DNA of 63,985 nt, filler included, from Catajapyx aquilonaris (lineage: Eukaryota): assembly GCA_000934665.2 (NCBI GenBank). It is 3 parts of 3 records of this genome, joined end to end, with 100 filler letters (N's around TTAATTAATTAA, not from the genome) between each part and the next. Parts side by side here need not be neighbours in the genome. Positions count along the whole stretch, not along the records: positions 42,783 to 63,985 come from KZ539478.1; 2 more parts are not named here. One strand, given 5' to 3'. The notes under the pieces are model-generated. The model was not told the origin of the DNA. It saw only the letters and a program-made list of their open reading frames with translations, and searched no databases. The position numbers and the translations under genes are program-made. The first letter of the stretch is position 1. Every line of letters begins with the position of its first letter. This document shows, piece by piece, positions 51,661 to 62,892 of this stretch.

Positions 51661-52819
51661 CACTATGCAACACGATATTTGTCCATGGAAATTTATTGAT
51701 ATTTTCATGTTCCTTAAGTCATTCGTAACTCATAATATATTACTATAATGACCGTTTATTTCGTCTTTTTGACCTAGGCGCAGTCAAAAAACCAAAATCC
51801 TCAAATATAGCAGTTTTTCCCAATCAAGTGGGCCTAAATGTTGCTAGACCATCTCGAATTTCTCTGAAAATAATCACATCTGTACACACCTATGCCGTAA
51901 CACTGCATATCAAGTTTCAGCCAAATTGAGAAATACCATGAGGAGGGAAAAAAATCGCGAAATTTTGAAAATTGGACCTTTTTGGATTTTTTTTCTTCAG
52001 TTATTGGAAGTGGTCAAAATCCAATCAACATACGCAATCAAATGAAAGTGAAACACAGGTAGAATGTGCCTGTGGAGTTTGTTTTTCTCGAAAATACACT
52101 CAGAAAAAACGTGTGGCCTTTCATCAGTCACATGGCCAAGAATTTGGCTCCATTAAAATTAATGGTAATTCGGCAAACATATCTGTTATTTTCTCGCTAG
52201 CCGTACATGACCCAGGATTGAAACTGAACATATTGAATCCTGTATGGGTCACAACTCCTGTCACCAAATATGGCTGCTCTTTCCCAAATACATCACTAAT
52301 TGTTGGGGTCTAAACACTTGGTTATGTTACTCTGTGAGCATGTGACCGATGGAATGCTATACATGTTTTTCTGAGTGCATTTTCGAGAAAAACATATTCC
52401 AATAGGCTCATTCCACTCACGTTTCTCTTTCATTTGATGTATATGTTGATTGGGTTTTGACCACTTCCAATAACCGAACAAAATTATCCAAAAAAGACCC
52501 CATTGTCAAAGTTTCGCGATTTTTTCCCCTCCCCAAGGTACTTAGCAATTTGGTTGAAACTTGATATGCATTGTTATGGCATAGAATTGTACAGCTGTGA
52601 TTATTTTCAGAGAAATCAGACATGGTCTAACAACGTTAAGGCCCACTTGATTGGGAAAAACTGCTATATTTGAGGATTTTGTTTTTTTTTACTGCCTCGA
52701 GGTCAAAGACAAATCAAAGACCAAATGAATGCCCATTATGAGTAACTTGTGACCTAAGGAACACGAATATGACGATGAATTTCCATGGACAAAAAATAGC
52801 CAAATTTTGTTGCATAGTG
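51661..52819. mobile_element. Non-autonomous foldback transposon, Chapaev3-like (CAC..GTG ends)
   Basis: Ends cactatgcaaca / tgttgcatagtg with TAA on both sides; ~480-bp imperfect inverted arms (51661-52140 versus 52330-52819). Confidence 0.8.
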
Positions 52820-53074
52820 TAATATTAAGACAATTTACTAGTAATTAATTTATTTAAACGAAATGAAGAACATGCTCTTTTGTTTTCTCCCCACCGAAGC
52901 GCCCCATGGCGTGCGGATCGCTCGCCGGTAATTGGCTGTTTTATTCATTTATAGCTCAGCTATATTTTCAGAGGTCACCCCCACAACTCGACTTATTAAA
53001 TACTAACATCCACGCCTCTTGCTAACATTGCCGCCCTAAAGAGTCATCCGGTTAATATTAGAGAAACAAAAAGG

Positions 53075-55184
53075 TTAGTCTGACTCCCCCCAAAAATCTG
53101 CCGCCCTAGGCCACGGCCTACTGGGCCTATTGGTAAAGTCAGCACTGTCTGCAGGGATGCAAGCTTCGAGGATTTCAAACATAACTTCTGGAGGAAGGAG
53201 AGACTTGGCTTCTTTCCAGTAAGGAGAGGCCTTCAACTCCCCGATATGTTCAATGGCATACTTGATGCATCTCACCTTCAGGTGGTGACAGTTGAAAGTT
53301 ACAGCCTTGTGCAAAATTGTAAGAATGTTGCACACCTCTAGTTTTTTACCCAAATGCATCTCACACATTTGCTTCAGATGCTGGAGATCATACATGTCAG
53401 CCACGTGCAAAATGCTGAATAATGCCATTGTGTCCAGGTGTACTGGATCTTTGTCTGTGTAAATGTAGTCTAACATCTCCCTTATTACATTGGACTTCAT
53501 GCCAGTTATTTTGACCTTGCCTGTCTGCTTTTCTGACATGTCATGTTCAAACATGGCTGCAAAAACTGAACTCCTGGCTGTGAGCATGAACTTGTGTGCT
53601 TTTACTTCAACATCATCATCACCCACAAGCGTCACATCAGAGTTGTGTCCCTCTTTGTATACTGTGTTCAAATCATGAGAGAGTGTGTGAGGACTAGGCT
53701 TAGTAGTGGTAGGTGATGTCTGTCCTCCTTTTGCTTCCAATGATAAGGACACCATAACGCTGCCTTCATTTTGGCCCACATTGTTTGAGGAAGAATAATA
53801 GGGTTGTTCAGCATAACAGCCTGCTGGAGCCACATGCGGCATGTAGCTTCGGTCATAATTTCTAAATGCTTTCCACTTCCAAATACTTGGTGATAATGAG
53901 AAATCTTCATGACAAGTATATGTAATGTGGTTCCAACTTCGATCACGACGATTATATGCTCGTTCCTCAATGAGCAGGTTTGATGGCTTAAATACAGGAT
54001 TAGTCGTGCTTTGAGGTGATGGCAAATACCTAGCTGAGACAAACGTGCAACCTCCATAATCATAAGTCGCTCGATCTAACCAAAGGTTCAAATCCCCAGG
54101 AAATCCATCGAGAGATGCGCTGGGTGAGTACAGTGTGTCTGGTTGATGATGGTCTTGGAAACCATTGAGCGTCCATTCTATGCGGAACTTGGTGGTATTT
54201 TTCCTTAACTTCTTAACCACCACACTTCCACTGAAATGAAACATATATAGGGTCACTTAAAATCTTTGGAATGAAACATTTATTTGCATCCATACAATTA
54301 TTTAATTGCATATCTAATGCAATGGATTTTAAAAAATGATTAATTTACACATTCTTTTATTCATGAACTATGTAACATTATGCAGATGACATAATTTCAG
54401 GGTAAATGAATTGTCAGCAGGTAGGTGCAAGAAGATCATATCCCAATATATTTTCAAATCTGAGATTTTGCATTCAAAACCCTCCTAATGGCATCTGTCA
54501 TATTTATGCGAAAGTTCATGTAGCCTGGGATAATCCTGCTTTGTCCTGGGCAAACAAAAGCAAACTAGGTACCGTATTAAAATCTTGCACCTCAATCCAG
54601 TTCTTGGACTGAGCCATTTTTCACCCTTGCCCACCTCCACTACACATGTTGCATTATCCAGACATCTCTCTGTCCCATGTCCAAGATCCAAGTTAGTCCT
54701 GATAATAAATTGCAACTGTACTTTCTGGCCTTTTATGGCATGATTTCAGTGCATTTATGTTATGGCCTCAGTTACTTCATAGCATGTGCTATCATGCAGT
54801 TGTGCTGTACATCATATTCAGGTGTTCCAAATGAAATTCCAACAGGGACAGTATAGTATAATGTTCATTGGTGGTTTTTTTTTTTTTTTGCATTAAGCAG
54901 CTAATTTTTGAGATGTTACCTAGAGCCAATGTGGTTTTATCTGGGTTGTTCAAAGCAATTGATAGCATGAACCAATATTTTAACATCTTGGGAGGGGGGT
55001 CATCCACCACCCTGCAATATGTAGGTTCTAACATTCATGTTCGATGCCAATTTTTCCTATAGGTCATTTCCAATCAGCAATTCATCACATTCAGGGCCAA
55101 AATGAACACACCTATATACACTGCAACAATCGTTATGCTACTGTACCGTACATACCTCGGTTCAAACCTTTGAACCTCTGCCAT
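53075..55184 (-). CDS. Second SPOP/Roadkill-like BTB/POZ protein; main exon 54230-53075, probable first exon 55184-55156
   Basis: SDVTLVGDDDVEVKAHKFMLTARSSVFAAMFEHDMSEK..IREMLDYIYTD..ADMYDLQHLKQMCE. Acceptor TTTCAG at the same position and phase (2) as in the paralog; MAEVQRFEPS|GTATGT fits phase 2 (first exon less certain). Confidence 0.88.
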
Positions 55185-55641
55185 TGAATGATTCCCTTGA
55201 ACCCTGTCTTCTGTAATGTGAGCGGAACACTATGAACCCTGCTGTTGTTGGTCAGGGAACGGGTTGCTCTTACAACAACAAGGCGATGATCTTGGATTTT
55301 CAGCGAGCAGCATGGGAGGGTGCTATTTCCCACTCCTTGGTGCTACTCTCTGGCTGGGGGGAGTGTGATGAAAAAAGCGGACTCAGAGGTTGACGACGGC
55401 CGCTCTACGCCCACGATAAGGAGGGTCCAACCGCGTCCGGGGAAATTCCCCTCGCAATCGCTACTCATATCAACATCCGAATTCCGAAACACTTGCAGAG
55501 TTGCAGGCTGCCGAGGTTGCCAAGGTCTTGCAATGGTAATGGCTCCAGATGACAGGGCAACCAAATGCTGTACACCTGCCACCTAGCTGACACTACGGGG
55601 TTTAATTTGATTTTTTGTTAAATACTTGGTGACGTTTTTTT

Positions 55642-55644
<3 letters not shown>

Positions 55645-55694
<50 letters not shown>
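55645..55694. repeat. (GT)n microsatellite
   Basis: Directly visible. Confidence 0.95.
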
Positions 55695-55699
<5 letters not shown>

Positions 55700-56033
55700 G
55701 GCTACTATAGAGTCACTGTCGTCATCTTGGGGTTCGACCAATGAGGTTGATATTGAGTTTCTCATAATGATAAGCTTTGGGCAGACGGCTGGCTAGCTCC
55801 CCAGTCACTCTATTATCGCGGATCTATTTCATCATTTACCACATTCCTCACAGAGTCAATTCCTTATGGAGGAAGTGTCCTTGGACTGCGACTGGATGGA
55901 TTCAAGGGCACAGTCTGACATCATGACTATATTTATAGCGTTGACTCAGCGATCCATAATTTGAAAACATTCTGAGCTTCGAGATGGAATAAAGAACACA
56001 CTCTTCCCCAAAGTATAGAAGAACAAAGGTATA

Positions 56034-56525
56034 CCCACCAAAAACCTTTCAGTAAAAAAAAGGCCAAGTTCTCCTGACTGCTTGGCCGTCAAAAGTGGTG
56101 AGATCTGAAATACGGCCAAGTTCAACGTCGTTGTCGCTTACTGGCATTCTGAACTTCTTCAACCTAAAACACTAACTTTATTTTTCCAGGTCGACCTTAA
56201 GTTTAATCACCGAAAGATTTTAATGGAATTTCTCTTGCTGTAACTTGGCCATTGCTCATGTCCGAGGTATTGTTGAATTCTACAACTGTTTCCATGTTTT
56301 AAGAGCAATGGCCAAGTTACAGCAAGAGAAATTCCATTAAAATCTTTCGGTGATTAAACTTAAGGTCGACCTGGAAAAATAAAGTTAGTGGTTTAGGTTG
56401 AAGAAGTTCAGAATTCCAGTAATTGACAACGACGTTGAACTTGGCCGTATTTCAGATCTCACCACTTTTGACGGCCAAGCAGTCAGGAGAACTTGGCCTT
56501 TTTTTACTGAAAGGTTTTTGGTGGG
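56034..56525. mobile_element. Near-perfect foldback element with ~225-bp arms and CCC..GGG ends
   Basis: 56034-56258 is the reverse complement of 56303-56525 with only a few mismatches; ~44-bp spacer; no clear TSD. Confidence 0.88.
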
Positions 56526-56572
56526 ATCTTACCTCTTTTTGTAGGCAGGAGTGTAGGATAATTATAAGAAAG

Positions 56573-57090
56573 CTAGGGGAGCCCCCTACGGTTGGTCGTG
56601 GAAGCGATGATCCGTTAAATATTCCAAATAAGGTAATGAATATAACTTAGAGCAAAATGTGTAGGTTATATACGAAAGTATGTAAAACTCTATCTTTTCC
56701 TCTGAATAGGTATGATTTTCTTCTGCTTTCTCATATTACGCTTCCTTTTTTTCTGTTCTGGTTGTGCGAATTGGACATCTGCTACACCTGATCGCATAGC
56801 CCATTCGCGATCCTTAACCACTTCTGTCGATGCCTTATTAGCCCTTTTGAGTATGGATAAGTCTGGTTGGTAAACAGATCTCAATCTATCGTACTCCAGA
56901 ATAGCTGACTCTTGAGCCTTGATGTTAGTAAAGGAGGCATTGATGAGATGCACTCCATTGATACTTTTAACTCTGGAAAGAGCCACGAGAAGACAGAGGA
57001 ACCAATATCGATGAGTGCATTAGTGAGACTCAGGCCTTTGACTCTGTCCTCTGTATGGTAATGGCATACGCCACACAAATTGGGAATTGT
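56573..57090 (-). mobile_element. Helitron/Helentron RepHel remnant: Pif1 helicase C-terminus
   Basis: Frameshifted QFPICVAYAITI..GLSLTNALIDIGSSVFS..VALSRVKSINGVHLIN..IKAQESAILEYDRLR corresponds to Pif1 motifs V/VI; small ggggagccccc hairpin and CTAG downstream. Confidence 0.8.
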
Positions 57091-57184
57091 TAGGCTGTTG
57101 ATGACCTCGAATTTTGTATTTGTATTATTTTGTATTTTAGGTATTTAGGTATTTGTATGAAATATTTGTATTTGTATGAAATGC

Positions 57185-57950
57185 AATCGCAGCTTCAGTC
57201 AGATAGCTAGCGGCAGTGACGCAGCCAGGAATCCAGTTCGGGGGGGAGGNNNNNNNNNNNNNNNNNNNNNNNNNNNNNNNNNNNNNNNNNNNNNNNNNNN
57301 NNNNNNNNNNNNNNNNNNNNNNNNNNNNNNNNNNNNNNNNNNNNNNNNNNNNNNNNNNNNNNNNNNNNNNNNNNNNNNNNNNNNNNNNNNNNNNNNNNNN
57401 NNNNNNNNNGGGGGGGGGGGGGGGGGGGGAAGGGAGGGGTGAGATGAGAACGTGGGCAAGGCAGGAGGAGCACCAGCATAACTGATGGAAATTCAAAGTG
57501 AAAAAGTAATCCGTGTTAAAAATGCCTCATCTGGTAAGCAGCAGCAGACTTCGTGAAAAAAATATTTTTTTTGAGCATTTAGACTCAAAAAAAAGTGCCG
57601 TTTTCAGATTTATTCTGGTGTTTGTTTGACCAGATCTACCAGCATACCAAATTTCAGCATCCTAGGACCACTGGGAGTTACGTATAATTTTGATGATCAG
57701 TCAGTGAGTGTCATATTTTGCCCGTTTCGGGAGTTTTTAGGATTTTTAAAGTCGGAAATGAAAGAAGATATGAACATGGAGGTAAGGGGGAATTATTCTT
57801 AATCGATTTTTATCTCCCCAAATAAAATTTTTGAAGCCACCCATGTTCACCAGTGCGAAGATTCAAGGGGGTCAAAATGACGTGAGTTGTGTCGGGTAAA
57901 GGTGGTCCGGCAGTGCGGCGAGAACTTGGCGGGGGCACTGCCGTGCCCCC
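57185..57950 (+). mobile_element. Non-autonomous Helentron/Helitron-like element (spans an N gap)
   Basis: 3' GC hairpin gggggcactgccgtgccccc followed by a T-rich target; internal accaaatttcagc and cagtcagtgagtg motifs; left boundary uncertain. Confidence 0.5.
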
Positions 57951-58659
57951 TAATTTTTGTCAGCACTTACCGCCAAGGACAGGGAATGGCAAGAAGAAGG
58001 CAACATGATATCGTAATTACTGTAATTATTGAAGATTATGAAACGGACTGAAAATAATTACCCTTTTTGATGAAAGCTGGAGACAACTGAATGCATCAAT
58101 GTGACGTATTGCCTACAGTTAAACCACTCTGAGCTGCAATATAAGCCTGCATAATATCATCAGATTTACCAGCTCTTTTAATGTCCTGGAGAATGACGTG
58201 CGATGTACCTTTTAAAAATCTCAACCTGAACGTTGTGGAATTAACGTAACTGGAACGGCCATGCTGTAACATTCTCAAATTTGGTTATGTCACAAGAAAG
58301 AATGGCATGGGAGAAAAGGTAACAAGTGACATAAATAAATACAGTATGTAGCACATAAATTCTGAAATTTACAATCTATGTCAGGGATTGGGTCGTAATT
58401 TTGTTTTATAAAAAGGAAACTGTCAATTACTAGCCAACGAATATTTTACTGATCCAAAAATTGTACAAAAGTGCCTTCCTTTTAAAATGGTTATGCACCC
58501 AACAATTGAAAAAAATATATACTTGGCAGACCTGAATATTGGAGGGCAATAATTACGTCCTCTTACATTTGACCATAAGCAGAAAAATATTTCCCAGGTG
58601 AAGGTTAAAAGGAATGAAATGCACAGAGAAAGTGACAAATACAACTGCTGGTGATTAAT
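57951..58659 (+). repeat. Local segmental duplication, copy C
   Basis: Colinear and highly similar to 50138-50804; the SmD2-derived donor is mutated GT>GC. Confidence 0.9.
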
Positions 58660-58879
58660 CCACCTCTCTTATTTAGTGTTCCCCATGCTGCATAAATATA
58701 CTACCTTAGAAATACTACCTCAATAGAACATGTGCTATGTGATTGAAATCCTTCAGAAAGGTAAATAATAATAATATTGTATATCTTGGGTGTCGAATAG
58801 TTTATTCACATGTGTGCTCTGGACCTAATATGACAACCAGGATGGTTCCCAAAATATTTTAATAAACTTGCATCTCCCT

Positions 58880-59466
58880 TCAGGTGTCTATACTGTCCTC
58901 ATCCTCCACCTCCACCACCACCTCCTCCTCCTCCTCATTCACACCACTTTTCCTCTGACTCTGCCTCGTGTTTGTTTGCCGCACACTACTTGCTCGAGCT
59001 TTTGAGAATGGAACCGTGGCTGGTTTGGTCGCCCGGGGAAAATTAGCCTAAAAGTATAGAACGGGAAAATGCGAACCATAGCAACAACAGTACAACACAT
59101 GGAATAATTGTGACACCCTGTATAGCAGAACTCTTTGCAACCAATAGAGCAATTTTTAGTCTGTCTCGTAGCAACAAGAGTGTTACACAAGTGATATTTT
59201 TGTAGTCTCTCATAATAGTCGAGTGATGAGAGATACCCTTCACCAGTACTGTATTGGGTGTGTTGGCACTTGCTTACCCTGGCACATGTGGACTCGATAT
59301 GTTTGATGTGATTGTCCAGCTCGGTCCTGATGCAAATGTTCCTGACGATGTTTCGGTTGCATGTGCCCACTTGGTCGATCAACTCTTCAATCTCCTTCTC
59401 CAATTCCATCTTCTCAAGTCCATATTTGTGGATCTCCCCTTCTAGCTCTACACTCCTCAGCTCCAT
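58880..59466 (-). CDS. Candidate orphan 118-aa protein (coiled-coil N-terminus, basic linker, acidic tail); exons 59466-59278 and 59047-58880
   Basis: Phase-0 intron AGG|GTAAGC...CTTTTAG|GCT joins MELRSVELEGEIHKYGLEKMELEKEIEELIDQ..CAR to ANFPRATK..NEEEEEVVVEVEDEDSIDT*. TATA-like and CCAAT motifs upstream; minus-strand AATAAA near 58801. Confidence 0.55.
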
Positions 59467-59769
59467 CTCCGCCGCGCCTGCATAACGTCACTCTTTATCA
59501 CTGACGACTCTGCTCTCAGCAAGCCGTATATAAGGACAGGGACTACAGATACTTACATTCATTAAGCGTGTAATATTCATTGGCCAGCCGATTGACAGGC
59601 ATTCTAGTTGCGACACACCGAGAACCGTGCAGTCTATAGAACAAAGCAAGCACTTCAAGTGATATGTAGTGTATCCATGGATATACGATATTGTTGTCAT
59701 CAGTCCGGAAATGAATTCACCAAAAAGGTGGCCTATTCGGCTATTCCCATAATTATAGGCAACCATAAT

Positions 59770-60004
59770 TGTGCAGGTTCCTCCTGCCAAACGACCCATC
59801 TTCAGGTGAGAAAAAGAAGGGTGGGACCTTGGATGGGACCCCAGCTGGTGGTTGCGGTGGGGAGTGGGCAACAAGGAGGGGTCGCTCTGGTGGTGGGAGA
59901 CGAGGAGGGCCACTTCCTCTTCCTCTCCCAAGACGTTTTGCACTATTCAACCTTGGAAAATTAGCACTCAGTGATAGTGAAGTACGCGGCAACTTGCATG
60001 CCAT
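59770..60004 (-). pseudogene. Truncated, frameshifted paralog of ionotropic receptor exon 1
   Basis: NVLGEEEEVALLVSHHQSDP..HRNHQLGS and frameshifted FGRRNLH match NVLEEEVALRVSHHQSDP..HRNYQLGS..MGRRNLH at 62530-62760; no exon 2. Confidence 0.85.
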
Positions 60005-60529
60005 TATACTTCTAGGTCTTCCTTGATGGGACTGATGATAATGAATTAATGATGATGGTGCTACCAAGGGAGACTGCTCACATTCCAAGAAAAGAAAAAA
60101 AAGCCTTCCTTTTGCACATGTCGTTGTATTAAGTAAAATATGGGGTGATTCCAGACCTACTAGGCTACTGTGCTACAGGGTCTGCACCCCCCCCCCCCCT
60201 TCTAGGGTCACCATAACGTTGTCAGATGAGAATCTCATAAATTTTTGGGGTTAATTTGATTCATGTTGGGTCGGAAACCAATCTAACCAAAAGGGTGTCA
60301 CTTAACCCTACTGAGGTGTTTTCAAAAGAGCGAAAACATAAGTTGAGAAAAGAAAAGGTAAAAGTGGTGCTCACATCTTGAGAATATTAGAAGAGGTGTA
60401 AAGCCCACAGGGGCAACGAAATTTTTAAAAAAGTAAAAAAAAGAAGAAAATATTAGAAGAGGTGAGAATCTGGTGAGAATGATAATGTTCATTCACTATT
60501 CGTATACAGCGATTGGAAAATTCCATAGC

Positions 60530-62307
60530 CTATACTTCACTTTTCCCTATAGCAGCGGAGGGGGAAACGCCCTTCTTAAGCATTTCAAATGCGAACGAGA
60601 TGAGAGCAGCTGTCAAGCCAAAGCCAAGTATCATGAAAGGACCCTGCAAGACTTCCAGTCCCAAGATTTTGGGCCCTTCTTCCATGTCCTGACCTGCAGC
60701 AAAATTTGACTTTTCCCTCAGTCCCTCCATTGTGTTGTGGAATTCTACCATACCTATGTAAAAATAGAACAAGTCTGATGCTACATAATGCATGACAAAT
60801 GTGTTCATAGAGTGAATGAAAACGGAATGTTTCGGGGTAACCATCATACACAACACTGAAAATTCTCGAGCGCCTTCCGGGAAGTAGAGAAGAGAGTTCT
60901 TTCCGTCTGCCGCCAGAAACATCTTGCTGTAGGGCCTTATGAAAGTGCTGATGGAGCCGCAACAGGAGCGCTCGAGCTTCATAACCATATCCAGACATGT
61001 CATTATGTCTGCAGTTGGTTCAATTTTTTTGGCCAAAGTATCGAGGATGTCGCCCTGCAATTGGAGTCGGTACACGTACGCCTCCAGAAGTACATGGTGG
61101 GCATACACCGCAAAAGCCCTGTACTTTTGTGCTGGATCAAGAAGTTCCGGAAACGTTTCCGGGACAGTGTTCTTGGGAGGAATGGTGATGAGAGAAAAGA
61201 GGAGTGTCTGGTAGCAGGAAGATATTATGACCACGAAGCACATCCAGGAGAGGACAATCGAGTGAAGGTTCATTCCTGGAGGCATCTCCTCGCACTGGTC
61301 AATGAGAGAGGCAGACGTGTACTTCCAGAAGAAGAGAAGTGATTTCGGCCTGCTGTGTGATTTCCCTGGGACCTTAGATGACAATGTGGATATGGCCCAC
61401 ATGGCGAAACCACAAGTCAGGATGGAGGCCAAAATCAAGAGCCACAAAGTGCGGGAGAAAGGGAGAAACACGATTTTCCAGGAGTAAATGGGATGGGGTT
61501 GGAGGACAGCATACGTTATGTAATCCATTAAGTAAACGGCACTTGTTTCACCAAACCGTCCAACATCATGATCGGGAAGGGGAAAGAAAATTCCGTGACT
61601 TCTTCCGTAGATGACCTCCCCTATGGCCCCCTGGAAGGTTCCATTAGGCAGCCTTCCTTCAATCAACTCTGCCCCTGCCGAGTCCGGAACATATATCTCC
61701 ATACGTGCATTTATAAACCGGCCAAAGACGACTAGAGAAAGGGCCACGGCATCTGGGACCTCTAATGTCTTTTCCTTCTCCGCAGCAGTTTCCAGATCAA
61801 TCTCGAGCAAGGATGCCAACCGGAAGGTAGACCCGTGGAAATCTCTTGCGTAATCCTGGAACAGGGGCAGTCCGGTGGCCTGCCCTGCGCCAGAATATAT
61901 TCCCAGAAACACGAGCTGTGGAGATCCTTCGTCACAAAAGAAGCAGACGGAGTAGAGGGACAGGGCCTTGAGGTCTCGATGTAGCAGGGCTGCCACCTTA
62001 AATCCATACAAAAATGGAATCTATTGATTTATCTTTTTCATTATGCAGTTTAAAAAGAAACACATTTTACTTTATAACTCAGAGTAGTTTCGGATAGTCT
62101 GATTGATTGTAATGTAGCCAAAAGCTGTAGCCTTTGAAAAGAAGGAGAAAGCAGGAGGACGTTATAATATAATAACTTAATATCTCTCTTTGTCTGCGTC
62201 GGTTTGAATCCTATCTCTCATCCAAAGATCAAGTCGCACAGTGAGGCCCTCCCATTTTAACGGCCTGTACTGTTACATTGCTATTTTGGAAGTCCAAGCA
62301 TCATTGA

Positions 62308-62364
<57 letters not shown>

Positions 62365-62892
62365 TACCTTGTAATGAAAGACAGCGGCAGGGTCCTGCTG
62401 GAGAAACTGGAAGAGCTCTTCCGGTTGCTGGACATCATAGACCCAGAGGACGAAGTAGTCGTAGACTGTGCTGGTGGAGGCGGAGGTGACCAGGTCGGAG
62501 GTCACGCTGACCAGGTTGCCCTTGCTGGCCACCACCAGGTGCAGGTTCCTCCTGCCCATCGACTCCAGCTTCGGGTCAGAAGAAAAAGGTTCGGTGGGCA
62601 CCCGGGTGAATGTGGGCTGGTGACCCTCTGGTGTTGCCCTGCATGACCCCAGCTGGTAGTTGCGGTGGGCATGGGCAAGGAGAGGTCGAAGGGTCACTGG
62701 CGGGATGGGGTCGCTCTGGTGGTGGGAGACGCGAAGGGCCACTTCCTCTTCCAGTACGTTGTCCAGAATGTCCATGGTCATGATGGACACCAGATCAGAT
62801 GCAGCCTCCATTTCTGATGGACCAGATGGAATTGGCCTCGACCAGCAGGAGGAGACCATCGCCAAGACAACCATGCATTGTTTGAGTTCCAT
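60530..62892 (-). CDS. Divergent ionotropic receptor (IR, variant iGluR chemoreceptor); exons 62892-62368 and 61996-60530 (~663 aa)
   Basis: Signal peptide MELKQCMVVLAMVSSCWS; phase-0 intron AAG|GTAAAG..TTAAG|GTG; YSVCFFC; S1 NGTFQGAIGEV; M1 FLPFSRTLWLLIL; M3 WMCFVVIISSCYQTLLFSLITIP; M4 LGLEVLQGPFMILGFGL. Confidence 0.9.
62313..62361. repeat. (GA)n microsatellite in the IR intron, next to the donor
   Basis: Directly visible. Confidence 0.95.

Noticed and set aside
56690..57078. Cellular PIF1 gene
   Set aside because: A frameshifted fragment lacking the GQxY motif and the N-terminal helicase; context and C-terminus fit a Helitron RepHel.
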